From an uncultured Planctomycetia bacterium (GTDB lineage: Bacteria; Omnitrophota; Gorgyraeia; Tantalellales; Tantalellaceae): a stretch of DNA of 64,000 nucleotides. The DNA lies in NCBI GenBank assembly GCA_964572255.1, contig CAZNEE010000002.1, positions 36,103 to 100,102 of the forward strand. The letters are read 5' to 3'. Of this stretch, positions 44,340 through 53,652 are shown piece by piece. Numbering within the stretch: position 1 is the stretch's first letter; every line of letters starts with the position of its first letter. The notes beneath the pieces are model-generated. The model made no database searches and was not told where the DNA came from. It was given only the letters and a program-made list of their open reading frames with translations. Both the position numbers and the translations under genes were made by a program.

Positions 44340-47208
44340 GCATTACCTTGCTGATAGGTTTCTTCCAGTTCGCTTTTAAAGTGTTTATATCGGTATCGAT
44401 TATTTTATTCCCTTTGAGCCCTTTTATGACTATCTTATTGTTCTCTTTGACGCTTCCGATCAACCCGAAAGGAATATCTTTCATGCATCTTTCAAACGCT
44501 TTCTGCTTATCTTTTGAAAGTTCAACAATGAATCTTGAATTTGATTCAGAAAAAAGAATAACGTCACTGCGTTTTATTGATCTCTCTTTAGGCGCATTTT
44601 TTAATTCCACTTCCGCGCCAAGCCCTCCGGAAAAACACATTTCCGCTAAGCTGACCGCAATACCTCCTTCAGAACAATCATGCGCGGACCTTACCAGGCC
44701 GCGTTTCATCGCCGAGGTGAGTTTTTTCATGAGCTTTATGGATTGGATCGGATCAACTCTCGGCACAACGCCGCCCTTTGCCCCATTGGTAAGATAGTAT
44801 TGAGACCCGCCCAACTCCTGGCGCGTTTTGCCTATAACATATATTAAGTTGCCTGCCTCCTTCATATCGGAAGAGACCGTTTTAGAAACATCATCAATAA
44901 CGCCTATGGCCGATATCAAAAGTGTTGAAGGGATGGAAACTGTTCTCTTGCCCATATTGAATTCGTTATTGAGACTGTCTTTACCGGAAATAAAAGGCGT
45001 TTTATACACCTTGGCTATATCGTAACAAGCCTGGGATGCGCGGACCAGTTTGCCTAATTGATCTTCTTTTTCGGTATTCCCCCAGCAGAAGTTATCCAAT
45101 AAGGCCACTTTATCGAGATCACCGCCTACAGCGGCGATCTGGCGCATTGCTTCGTCTATTGCGCTTGCCGCCATCCAGTAAGGGTCAATATCCCCGTAAC
45201 ATGGATTTATGCCGTTGGAAAGGACTATGCCTTTTTTGCTGTCCAGGATCGGGCGTGTGATCGATGCGTCCGAAGGTCCGTCATTATTCACACCTATAAG
45301 CGGTTTCAGGACACTGCCGCCCTGGACTTCATGGTCATACTGCCTGATGATCCATTCCTTACTGCAGACATTCCAGCTTGAAATGATCTTTACAAGATCC
45401 TTCGTAAGGTCCCTCTTTTCTTTAAACGGGACTTTTTTGTTTTCTTTCTTCGTCTTCCACACGGCCTTTCGTGTTATGCGCGGCAGGCCGTCGTGCACGA
45501 AAGACATATCAAGATCCGCTACTTTGTGTTTTCTGTAATAAAGTTTCAATTTTTTATCATTTGTAAATTTACCTATAACTGTCGCCTCGACATCTTCGCT
45601 TTTAAAAATGTTCATCAGGCGTTTGAGGTTTTTAGGTTTGACCGCCAGCACCATTCTCTCCTGGGCTTCGGAAACCCATATCTCCCACGGTTTTAACCCT
45701 TCGTATTTTAAAGGAGCTTTTTCAAGATAGACTTCAGCGCCTGTTTTCTCTCCCATCTCTCCGACCGCGCTTGAAAACCCGCCCGCACCGCAATCTGTTA
45801 TGGCCGCGTAAAGATCGAGATCGCGCGCCTTGAGCAAAGTATCCACGACTTTTTTCTCTGTTATGGGGTTGCCGATCTGGACAGCGGTCGATGATATCGT
45901 TTCCGATTCGAACGTGAGCTCGGCAGATGAAAAAGTCGCGCCGTGGATACCGTCCCGGCCTGTTTTTCCGCCGACCGCGACTATGAGATCTCCCGGAGAT
46001 ACTTTTTTGAATGAATATTTTGAAGGCATTATACCGACATTCCCGCAGAAAACCAGCGGATTGCCGGTGTACCTCTCGTCAAAACATACCGCGCCATTAA
46101 CCGTGGGTATGCCCATCTTATTCCCATAATCGCGCACGCCGCTTACAACGCCTTTCATCACCCTTTTCGGATGAAGCGCGCCTGTGGGGACTTTCGACCT
46201 CGGCATATCCGGCATGCCGAAACAAAAAATATCGGTGTTGATGATGGGTTTCGCGCCGCGTCCGGTGCCTAACGGGTCGCGTATGACCCCGCCGATGCCT
46301 GTCTCCGCGCCGCCGTAAGGCTCTAGCGCTGACGGATGATTGTGCGTCTCGACCTTAAAACAAATGTTATGTTTTGGATCGAACTTTATTACACCCGCGT
46401 TGTCTTTAAAGACCGACACGCACCACGGTTTTTTTAGGTCGCGGGTAACTTTCATTACGGTCTCTTTAAGAAGATTTTTTATCCTCTTTCCGTTATAGTT
46501 GATCGCTCCCATCATCGTCTTGTGCTTGCAATGCTCGCTCCAGGTCTGGGCGAGTGTTTCAAGTTCGCATTCTGTGGGATTCCTCTTTAATTTCTTAAAA
46601 TAGGCCTTTATCGCCTTCATCTCTTTGAGGCTCAGATACAACTGGCCTTCTTTGCTTAATCTCTTAAGTTTTTTGTCGCCCGCATTGATGAGATCGATCT
46701 CGACCGGACGGAATTTATACGCTTGGAGTTCCTTCTTCTTCTCAGTATGAACAACCACGTGCTGTATCAACTTGTTGTAAAGAAGTTTATCTGTTATGGT
46801 GCCCACTTCTTTCTTGGTGAGTTTGCCGAAAAGAACATATTTTTTAGAAGTACTGACGGAGCTGACGGTATGGATGCCTATATCCCGGATAGATTTCATG
46901 GTACTTTCTTCGACCGGATCCATAACACCGGGATTATACGCGATCTCGACAACATGCATGTTCTTATTGTGCTTTGTCCTAAATCCCCCGGCATGACTGT
47001 TCTCTTGGGATACCTTGTCAGTTAAGACAATATCAGCTACACGCTTCAATTCCTCGCTAGAAAAGACTCCGCCAAGAGTATATACCTGGATATACTCAAC
47101 GTCTTTAACAGTCTTTATCCCGAGGTCAAGGATATCTTTCTTGAGACCTTCAGCAACTGAATCGTAAATATTTTCTTTATCTTTTACTTCGACTCTTTTG
47201 TAGTACAT
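44326..47208 (-). CDS. purL: FGAM synthase PurL with an N-terminal PurS-like domain (PurS-PurL fusion).
   Basis: N-terminal ~80-aa PurS-like segment, then duplicated AIR-synthase-related PurM-like domains (GDLIVAVGGKTGRDGIHGATFSS). 960 aa. Confidence 0.9.
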   Translation of the reverse strand: MYYKRVEVKDKENIYDSVAEGLKKDILDLGIKTVKDVEYIQVYTLGGVFSSEELKRVADIVLTDKVSQENSHAGGFRTKHNKNMHVVEIAYNPGVMDPVEESTMKSIRDIGIHTVSSVSTSKKYVLFGKLTKKEVGTITDKLLYNKLIQHVVVHTEKKKELQAYKFRPVEIDLINAGDKKLKRLSKEGQLYLSLKEMKAIKAYFKKLKRNPTECELETLAQTWSEHCKHKTMMGAINYNGKRIKNLLKETVMKVTRDLKKPWCVSVFKDNAGVIKFDPKHNICFKVETHNHPSALEPYGGAETGIGGVIRDPLGTGRGAKPIINTDIFCFGMPDMPRSKVPTGALHPKRVMKGVVSGVRDYGNKMGIPTVNGAVCFDERYTGNPLVFCGNVGIMPSKYSFKKVSPGDLIVAVGGKTGRDGIHGATFSSAELTFESETISSTAVQIGNPITEKKVVDTLLKARDLDLYAAITDCGAGGFSSAVGEMGEKTGAEVYLEKAPLKYEGLKPWEIWVSEAQERMVLAVKPKNLKRLMNIFKSEDVEATVIGKFTNDKKLKLYYRKHKVADLDMSFVHDGLPRITRKAVWKTKKENKKVPFKEKRDLTKDLVKIISSWNVCSKEWIIRQYDHEVQGGSVLKPLIGVNNDGPSDASITRPILDSKKGIVLSNGINPCYGDIDPYWMAASAIDEAMRQIAAVGGDLDKVALLDNFCWGNTEKEDQLGKLVRASQACYDIAKVYKTPFISGKDSLNNEFNMGKRTVSIPSTLLISAIGVIDDVSKTVSSDMKEAGNLIYVIGKTRQELGGSQYYLTNGAKGGVVPRVDPIQSIKLMKKLTSAMKRGLVRSAHDCSEGGIAVSLAEMCFSGGLGAEVELKNAPKERSIKRSDVILFSESNSRFIVELSKDKQKAFERCMKDIPFGLIGSVKENNKIVIKGLKGNKIIDTDINTLKANWKKPISKVMHEEG

Positions 47209-47209
47209 A

Positions 47210-48775
47210 TTATTCCCATTCTATAGTGCTGGGGGGTTTAGAGCTGATATCAAAGACCACGCGGTTAACGCCTTCGACCTGGTTGATGATCTTGTTGGAG
47301 ATCTCTCCAAGCACATCATAAGGGATCTTCGCCCAATCTGCCGTCATGCCGTCAACGCTGGTCACGGCGCGCAGGACCGCGGTATTTTCGTACGTCCTGG
47401 CGTCACCCATAACCCCGACACTTTTTACCGGAAGAAGCACGCCGAACATTTGCCAGGTCTTGCTGTAGATCCCGCGTTTTTTTGCGACATCAATTATTAT
47501 CCAGTCAACTTCCCTTAATATATCAAGGTTCTCCTTTGTAGCCGCGCCCAATAATCTTACCGCAAGCCCGGGGCCCGGAAAAGGATGACGTTGGGTGACT
47601 TCGTCTGCAAGGCCTAGTTCTTTCCCTACTTGACGCACCTCATCCTTGAAAAGATCCCTCAAAGGTTCCACGAGTTTAAGCCCCATCTTTTTCGGAAGGC
47701 CGCCGACATTATGGTGAGATTTTATCGTCTTGCTCGGACCGCCAAAAAAGGATCGCGACTCGATAACATCCGGGTATAATGTGCCTTGGGCGAGAAATTT
47801 CACTCCTCTTATGCTTTTTGCCGCTTCTTCAAATACTTCTATAAAAACCCTGCCTATGATCTTTCTTTTCTTCTCGGGATCAATCACGCCTTTAAGCTCC
47901 CTTAAAAACTTTTTCTCAGCATCCACTATTTTCAGATCAAGTTTTATGTTCTTTACAAAAAGCTTCCTGACCCTTTCCGCTTCGTTTTTGCGGAGAAGTC
48001 CATTATTGACAAAGATGCAGTGCAGTCTCCTTCCGAGAGCTCTACTTAAGAGGACTGCGGCAACCGTGGAATCCACCCCACCGGAAAGACCGAGTATCAC
48101 ATCATTATCCCCCACCTGCTCTTTTATATCCCTTACCTTGCGTTCGATAAAGGACTTCATTGTCCATGTTCTCTTGCACCTGCAAATATCAAAGAGGAAA
48201 TTCTTAAGAATCCTTCCTCCCTGTTTTGTATGAACGACTTCGGGATGGAACTGTACCCCGTAGATGTTCTTAACGGGCTCCATGAAGGCAGCGCATTTTG
48301 TATTTGAACTTTTAGCGATCGGACGAAAAGATCTTGGAAGCCTTGAGACTTTGTCCCGATGGCTCATCCAGGTGACGCTTTTAGGATCAAGCCCTTTAAA
48401 AAGAGGCGCGCGCCTGTCAAAAATCACGACCGTATGCCCGTATTCTCTCTCTCCGCTTTTAGTGATCTTACCGCCCAATATTTTACCGATAAGCTGCATT
48501 CCATAACATATACCGAGTATCGGCAGGCCGAGATCGAAAATTCTCTTATCAAAACTGGGAGCGCCTTTATCATAAACACTGGAGGGACCGCCTGAAAATA
48601 TTATCCCGGAAGGATTTATTTTTTTTATTTTTTCCACCGAAACGGACGGCGGCATGACTATAGAGTGGACCTTGTTCTCCCTTATGCGCCTGGCTATAAG
48701 CTGAACATATTGAGAACCGAAATCTATTATAAGGATGCCTTCTTTTTCTTTATTTATTTTTGATAGCTTTGCCAT
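47210..48775 (-). CDS. guaA: GMP synthase (glutamine-hydrolysing).
   Basis: GATase ILGICYGMQL. ATP-PPase P-loop LGLSGGVDS. C-terminal dimerisation domain ending ...IEWE. Start placed at the internal Met (MAKLSK). Confidence 0.9.
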   Translation of the reverse strand: MAKLSKINKEKEGILIIDFGSQYVQLIARRIRENKVHSIVMPPSVSVEKIKKINPSGIIFSGGPSSVYDKGAPSFDKRIFDLGLPILGICYGMQLIGKILGGKITKSGEREYGHTVVIFDRRAPLFKGLDPKSVTWMSHRDKVSRLPRSFRPIAKSSNTKCAAFMEPVKNIYGVQFHPEVVHTKQGGRILKNFLFDICRCKRTWTMKSFIERKVRDIKEQVGDNDVILGLSGGVDSTVAAVLLSRALGRRLHCIFVNNGLLRKNEAERVRKLFVKNIKLDLKIVDAEKKFLRELKGVIDPEKKRKIIGRVFIEVFEEAAKSIRGVKFLAQGTLYPDVIESRSFFGGPSKTIKSHHNVGGLPKKMGLKLVEPLRDLFKDEVRQVGKELGLADEVTQRHPFPGPGLAVRLLGAATKENLDILREVDWIIIDVAKKRGIYSKTWQMFGVLLPVKSVGVMGDARTYENTAVLRAVTSVDGMTADWAKIPYDVLGEISNKIINQVEGVNRVVFDISSKPPSTIEWE

Positions 48776-49962
48776 TTTCCCTCTAAGTTGGGATCGTCTA
48801 TCCAATCTATCAAATATGTCGTATATTCTTCACCTGTCGCGCCTGTATCTCGGCCTGTGAGGGTGAGTTTTTTCTCAAACTGTCCGCAAACCTCAAGCGC
48901 CATCTCTAAGCTTTTTCCTCTTTCCGGGAAACCTATGTGACGCAAGAGCATTGCGCTTGCGCGTATCATTGATGAAGGATCGGCATATATATCACGGCCT
49001 TCTTTTACCATGCGCGGTGCGCTGCCGTGAATAGCTTCGAACATCGCCCAGCGTTTGCCGACATTGGCGCTTCCGGCTGTACCAACCCCGCCTTGCATCT
49101 GTGCGGCTTCGTCAGTTAAAATATCCCCGTAAAGATTTGTAAGCACCATGACCTGGAAATCTTTCCTTCTTGCCGGATCTAAAAGCTTGGCTGTCATGAT
49201 GTCTATGTACCATTCATCCTGCTCGATCCCGAACTTCTTGTATTCTTCCGCCATCCTTTTCGCGACACGGGAAAACCTGCCGTCAGTTGTTTTGACAACG
49301 TTAGCCTTAGTAACAGCCGTAACTTTTTTATAACCGTTATTTTTTGCGTATTCGAACGCCATCCGGATAATACGCTCGGCGCCTTGCTCTGTAATAACCT
49401 TAAAATCTATACTCAAGTCATCGGTTACATCTATCCCTTTTGAGCCGAGAATATAAGCGCCTTCTGTATTCTCGCGGAAAAAGGTCCAATCGATGCCCTC
49501 CGAAGGGATCTTCACGGGCCTGACATTAGCAAAAAGGTCAAGCTCCCTTCGCATCGCAACGTTCGCGCTTTCAATATTAGGCCACTTGTCTCCCGCCTGG
49601 GGCGTAGTGGTAGGACCTTTCAATATGACGTGGCATTCTTTTATCTGGGCCAGGACATCATCGGGGATCGCTTTTTTATGTTTGACACGGTTTTCTATTG
49701 TCAAACCTTCTATCGTCCGGAATTCGATAAGACCCTTCTTGAACTCTTCTTTAAGGGAGTGCTTTAAAACACGTTCAGCGTGTTTGGAGATGATCTTACC
49801 TATCCCATCCCCCCAGCAAATACCTATAATTACGGGCTTGATCTTTTTGTAGTCCGTCCAGTCCTCGGCGGATTTCATTTTCTCGACGCGATCAAGCTGC
49901 TCCTGTATGAGCTGACTGAAATGTTCTTTTGCTTTCTCGATCGATCCGTTAGACTTTTTCAC
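48754..49962 (-). CDS. icd: Isocitrate/isopropylmalate dehydrogenase-family enzyme, most likely NADP-isocitrate dehydrogenase.
   Basis: GDGIG motif, an ELDL..VRP segment, and NLYGDILTDEAAQMQGGVGTAGSANVG. Confidence 0.7.
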   Translation of the reverse strand: MKKSNGSIEKAKEHFSQLIQEQLDRVEKMKSAEDWTDYKKIKPVIIGICWGDGIGKIISKHAERVLKHSLKEEFKKGLIEFRTIEGLTIENRVKHKKAIPDDVLAQIKECHVILKGPTTTPQAGDKWPNIESANVAMRRELDLFANVRPVKIPSEGIDWTFFRENTEGAYILGSKGIDVTDDLSIDFKVITEQGAERIIRMAFEYAKNNGYKKVTAVTKANVVKTTDGRFSRVAKRMAEEYKKFGIEQDEWYIDIMTAKLLDPARRKDFQVMVLTNLYGDILTDEAAQMQGGVGTAGSANVGKRWAMFEAIHGSAPRMVKEGRDIYADPSSMIRASAMLLRHIGFPERGKSLEMALEVCGQFEKKLTLTGRDTGATGEEYTTYLIDWIDDPNLEGKWQSYQK

Positions 49963-49980
49963 GATATATACTTCTCCTCT

Positions 49981-50109
49981 TTACTTGCCCTTCAATTCCT
50001 TCACTTCTTTTTTGAGCTTTTTTACTTCATCCTGCAATTCTTTTATCTCTTTCCGCAGTTTTTCAACACTTTTTAATATTTCGTAATTTTCCCACCATGC
50101 AAGGGCCAT
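49981..50109 (-). CDS. Unannotated 42-aa coiled-coil/basic mini-protein (MALAWWENYEILKSVEKLRKEIKELQDEVKKLKKEVKELKGK).
   Basis: Not in the ORF track because it is under 60 aa. ATG at 50109 is preceded by a perfect AAGGAGGA Shine-Dalgarno. Heptad-like K/E repeats. Confidence 0.45.
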   Translation of the reverse strand: MALAWWENYEILKSVEKLRKEIKELQDEVKKLKKEVKELKGK

Positions 50110-50123
50110 ATATCCTCCTTAAA

Positions 50124-51509
50124 CTATATATCAAATTTTTTCTTGACCATCTTTCTTGGAACATCGGTCGGGTAATAACCGCTGAAACACGCGTCACAGA
50201 ATTTATAGCTTTTCTTCCCCACGGCCTTTAACATCCCCTCTAAACTCAAATATTCCAGCGTATCCACACCGATAAACTTCGCGATTTGTTTTACCGAAAG
50301 TTCATTGGCGATAAGTTCTTTCTCGCTTGGGAAATCAATACCATAAAAACAAGGATGTTTTATGGGAGGGCAGCTTATCCTCATATGTATCTTCTTAACG
50401 CCTGTTTCCCTCAAAGCTTGTATTCTGCTGCTGGTGGTGGTTCCCCTGACGATGGAATCCTCAACAACCACAACGCTCTTTCCCTTTAAAACGTCTCTTA
50501 TGGGATTAAGTTTTATCTTTACGCCGTATTTTCTCATCTCCTGTGAAGGCTGTATGAAGGTCCTTCCCACATAATGGTTCCTTATCATGCCGTAGTCAAA
50601 CGGTATCCCGCTTTTTTCGGAATAACCTAAGGCGGCGTAATTGCCGGAGTCCGGTATGGACATGACTATGTCAGCTTTTACCGGATGTTCCTCGGCGAGC
50701 CTTCTTCCCAGCCGCTTACGCACCTCATAAACGCTATCCTCAAAAATATGACTATCAGGCCGCGCGAAGTATATAAATTCGAATATGCATTGCGCTCCCT
50801 TATTCTTCTTAAAAGGCTTTTTGCTTTGGAGTTCTTTGCCTGAAACTATGACCATCTCGCCGGGCTTTATTTCACGGATGAACTTAGCGCCTGTCAGATC
50901 CAATGAACAGGTCTCACTGGCAAGCACGTAAGAGCCATCCTTCATCCCTAAGCACAGAGGTCTAAACCCATGAGGGTCACGCACTCCTATAAGTCTTCCG
51001 TCCACAAGAAAGATCATTGAATATGCTCCCTCACACTTCCTTAAAGCGTCTACGAGTTTCTCTTCTATAGTCTTTTCCTTTGAACGCACCATTAAGTGGA
51101 GAACGATCTCAGAGTCCATTGTGGACTGAAAGATCGAGCCTTCCTTCTCAAGATGTTTTCTAAGTTTTGTGGAATTTGTTAGATTACCGTTATGCGCAAT
51201 AGAAGTTGAAAATTTATGGTGTTTGATCACGAAAGGCTGAGCATTTTTAAGCATACTTGAACCGGTAGTTGAATAGCGCACGTGGCCGATAGCAGTTTTA
51301 CCCTTTAGCCCTTTAAGCTTGCTCTTATCAAGAACATCCGAGACAAGACCCATTCCGGTATGCTGTTTTATTCTCTTTCCGTCTGATACGGCAATGCCGC
51401 AGGATTCTTCCCCTCTATGCTGCAACGAATAAAGTCCGAGGTACGCCATATCAACAGCATTCTTGTGATCGGCTATACCAAAAATCCCGCAATATTCTTT
51501 TTTGCTCAT
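50124..51509 (-). CDS. purF: Amidophosphoribosyltransferase PurF (canonical, with a propeptide and Cys nucleophile).
   Basis: MSKKEYCGIFGI N-terminus, LQHRGEES motif, PRTase motif VVVEDSIVRGTT. C-terminal Cys residues are present. Confidence 0.9.
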   Translation of the reverse strand: MSKKEYCGIFGIADHKNAVDMAYLGLYSLQHRGEESCGIAVSDGKRIKQHTGMGLVSDVLDKSKLKGLKGKTAIGHVRYSTTGSSMLKNAQPFVIKHHKFSTSIAHNGNLTNSTKLRKHLEKEGSIFQSTMDSEIVLHLMVRSKEKTIEEKLVDALRKCEGAYSMIFLVDGRLIGVRDPHGFRPLCLGMKDGSYVLASETCSLDLTGAKFIREIKPGEMVIVSGKELQSKKPFKKNKGAQCIFEFIYFARPDSHIFEDSVYEVRKRLGRRLAEEHPVKADIVMSIPDSGNYAALGYSEKSGIPFDYGMIRNHYVGRTFIQPSQEMRKYGVKIKLNPIRDVLKGKSVVVVEDSIVRGTTTSSRIQALRETGVKKIHMRISCPPIKHPCFYGIDFPSEKELIANELSVKQIAKFIGVDTLEYLSLEGMLKAVGKKSYKFCDACFSGYYPTDVPRKMVKKKFDI

Positions 51510-51635
51510 GATGGATATAATTTTTAATATTATTACTTCTATATAGACTTGGATCGGAAAAAGATATTATATCCATAAGAGGGAACTATTTCAACTTATA
51601 TAATCAAAATATTATGATTTTTCGCCCCTGAAAAA

Positions 51636-51677
51636 TAAAAAAGGACGGCTCTTTTGCAAACCGCCCTTTTTTATTTT
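51636..51677. terminator. Bidirectional intrinsic terminator downstream of the TpsB gene.
   Basis: AAAAAAGGACGG-CTCTTTTGCAAA-CCGCCCTTTTTTATTTT: a stem with one mismatch, flanked by an A-tract and a T-tract. Confidence 0.55.
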
Positions 51678-51691
51678 ATATGAATTGCACC

Positions 51692-53521
51692 TTACTTTAT
51701 CGCAGACTCTTCAGACCCCTGCATTTCCGGCCCGACATCCGCGGCAACAGTCCTCTTTTCCACTTCTTTAGATCTCCACATTTTTCTTATTCTTGCGATC
51801 TCTGTAGGCAACTGATCTTCGAAGTTTATAGATAGATGGAATCTTGACTCAGCTCTTTCGGTAATGGGCTTGTTCCCGAGAACAAATCCCCATTCGCATC
51901 TTACCACAGCCTGATTGAATAGTTTGACTCTTATGCCCGGGCCTACACTTGCGAAAGTAGCTTCTCTTTTCTCAGTGCTTGTGTTCAATACTCCACGCCT
52001 TCTACCATGAGCCCAATCAAAGAAAACTACGCCTGTGATCTCTTCTTTGAGCGGCCTTTCGCCGTAAGGAAGTATGAAATTGTCGGGAATAAAAAAGGCC
52101 GGGATAAGAAGCTCTGCACTTGCGAGAATCGCGTTATCAGCCATGAAATCGCCGTAAGGATAACCTCTTACAGAATCTATACCGCCCATCGGAAATTCTT
52201 CCAATGTCGACAGTTTTTCTGAAGCTATCTGGCTTTTAAATTTAAACACACCATCAACCCCCCACATAAGAGGTCTTCTGTGGGTTATCCCGGAGTTAAA
52301 TTTAGTGAAGTTGTTGTCTGCCTGTCTTGTAGTGGGAACGCCACCGGGATCATTACTGCGAGCTCCCAGTCCGTTAATGCCTTGGGATATCTCCGGATAC
52401 AAATAAGTGATACCGCCAAAGCCTTTATGGATAAGGTTCGCTCCGAGCCTCAATATTCTTAAGCGGTCACGGCTTGTTGTCCCTATAGACTGTGTTGTCG
52501 TTTTATCCTTAGCGTCTAGACCAAAATATATTTCTCCAAGGTAGTCAGCTTTATTGAAAATATCCTGATAGAGAAAAACGCTGGTATTACGAACAGATGA
52601 GTTTATCCCGAAAGGTTCGTAATTCATCTTAGGAGACGACTTGGTGTAACTGTGACCGTACATCAGTGACGTCCCGAAATTCGTAAAAGGTATCCTGTGA
52701 AAGCCATATACAGACTGGAAATGCCTTCCGAATGTATACCCGGCTATTGCCGTATCGTCTACGAACAAAAAATTGTTATCACGTATCCCAAACCCGAGTC
52801 TTTCTGTTCCAGTCTGAACCGCGCCTTCCCTATCAAAAGTAGCCAGCATATGTATCGGGAATTTTGTGTCCGCCTTTAAGATTACATCGGTGGTTTCGGG
52901 CTCTGCGCCTGCGTGAAGGACAGCCTTGACCTCTCGGTCGGGATTTTTGCTCATCAGCTGAAGGTTGCGTGAAAGCTTGTCATAACTGAGAACTTCGCCT
53001 TTACGGATGTTCCAATAATTAGTAAGTCTTTCTTTATCAAACCAGTTATGATCTTCAACTTCAAGTGCTCCCATTTTGGCTTCGACCACGCGCAGCATAA
53101 CAACGCCGTCTTTTACGTCCTGTGGAGGAACGAAACATGCGGCGATAATACCTCTTTTTAAGTATTCCCTTTCGATCTGTCTTGCCAGTATGTTCAGCTC
53201 CCCAAAAGTAACTTCTCTATTCTCGTACTGCTCTAAGATCGAACGGAATTCATCCGGCGAAAAACTTTCCACGCCGACCAGTTCTATTTTTTTGATGAAA
53301 AATTTCGGGCCTTCCGGTACTTCCGGCTTTTCCTCTTCCTCGATCTCAGGCGCCTTTGGCACGACCCTCATTTCCTTCTCGACCCTTTCACGTATCGCAC
53401 GGTCGGCTTCCCTTACTGCCTGGTCCGGAGCCGGCTGAGAATACGCGAAAGAAGCGGGAAGCATCAAAACGAAAACAACTAATAAACTTGCCAGCTTCAT
53501 AGTTTTTCTCCTTGTTATCAT
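51692..53521 (-). CDS. Two-partner-secretion outer-membrane transporter (TpsB; ShlB/FhaC/HecB family).
   Basis: Signal peptide. POTRA-type segment (FFIKKIELVGVESFSPDEFRSIL...GELNILARQIEREY). 16-strand barrel region. C-terminal aromatic residue. Confidence 0.85.
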   Translation of the reverse strand: MITRRKTMKLASLLVVFVLMLPASFAYSQPAPDQAVREADRAIRERVEKEMRVVPKAPEIEEEEKPEVPEGPKFFIKKIELVGVESFSPDEFRSILEQYENREVTFGELNILARQIEREYLKRGIIAACFVPPQDVKDGVVMLRVVEAKMGALEVEDHNWFDKERLTNYWNIRKGEVLSYDKLSRNLQLMSKNPDREVKAVLHAGAEPETTDVILKADTKFPIHMLATFDREGAVQTGTERLGFGIRDNNFLFVDDTAIAGYTFGRHFQSVYGFHRIPFTNFGTSLMYGHSYTKSSPKMNYEPFGINSSVRNTSVFLYQDIFNKADYLGEIYFGLDAKDKTTTQSIGTTSRDRLRILRLGANLIHKGFGGITYLYPEISQGINGLGARSNDPGGVPTTRQADNNFTKFNSGITHRRPLMWGVDGVFKFKSQIASEKLSTLEEFPMGGIDSVRGYPYGDFMADNAILASAELLIPAFFIPDNFILPYGERPLKEEITGVVFFDWAHGRRRGVLNTSTEKREATFASVGPGIRVKLFNQAVVRCEWGFVLGNKPITERAESRFHLSINFEDQLPTEIARIRKMWRSKEVEKRTVAADVGPEMQGSEESAIK

Positions 53522-53652
53522 TATCGGATTAAAATAATATTATAATTACAACAATTTTACTATATAAAATCAGAATGTCAAACTTAAGTTTAATATTTTT
53601 AATAAGATATTAAAAAATATGCATTCCCCCATATACTGCGGATAAACAAGCA

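Noticed and set aside
51510-51635. Possible purine riboswitch upstream of purF
   Set aside because: I could not find the conserved purine-aptamer junction motifs (e.g. UAUA...UUUGGGA...CCGUAAAUU-like) on the minus-strand leader. The region looks like a plain AT-rich promoter.
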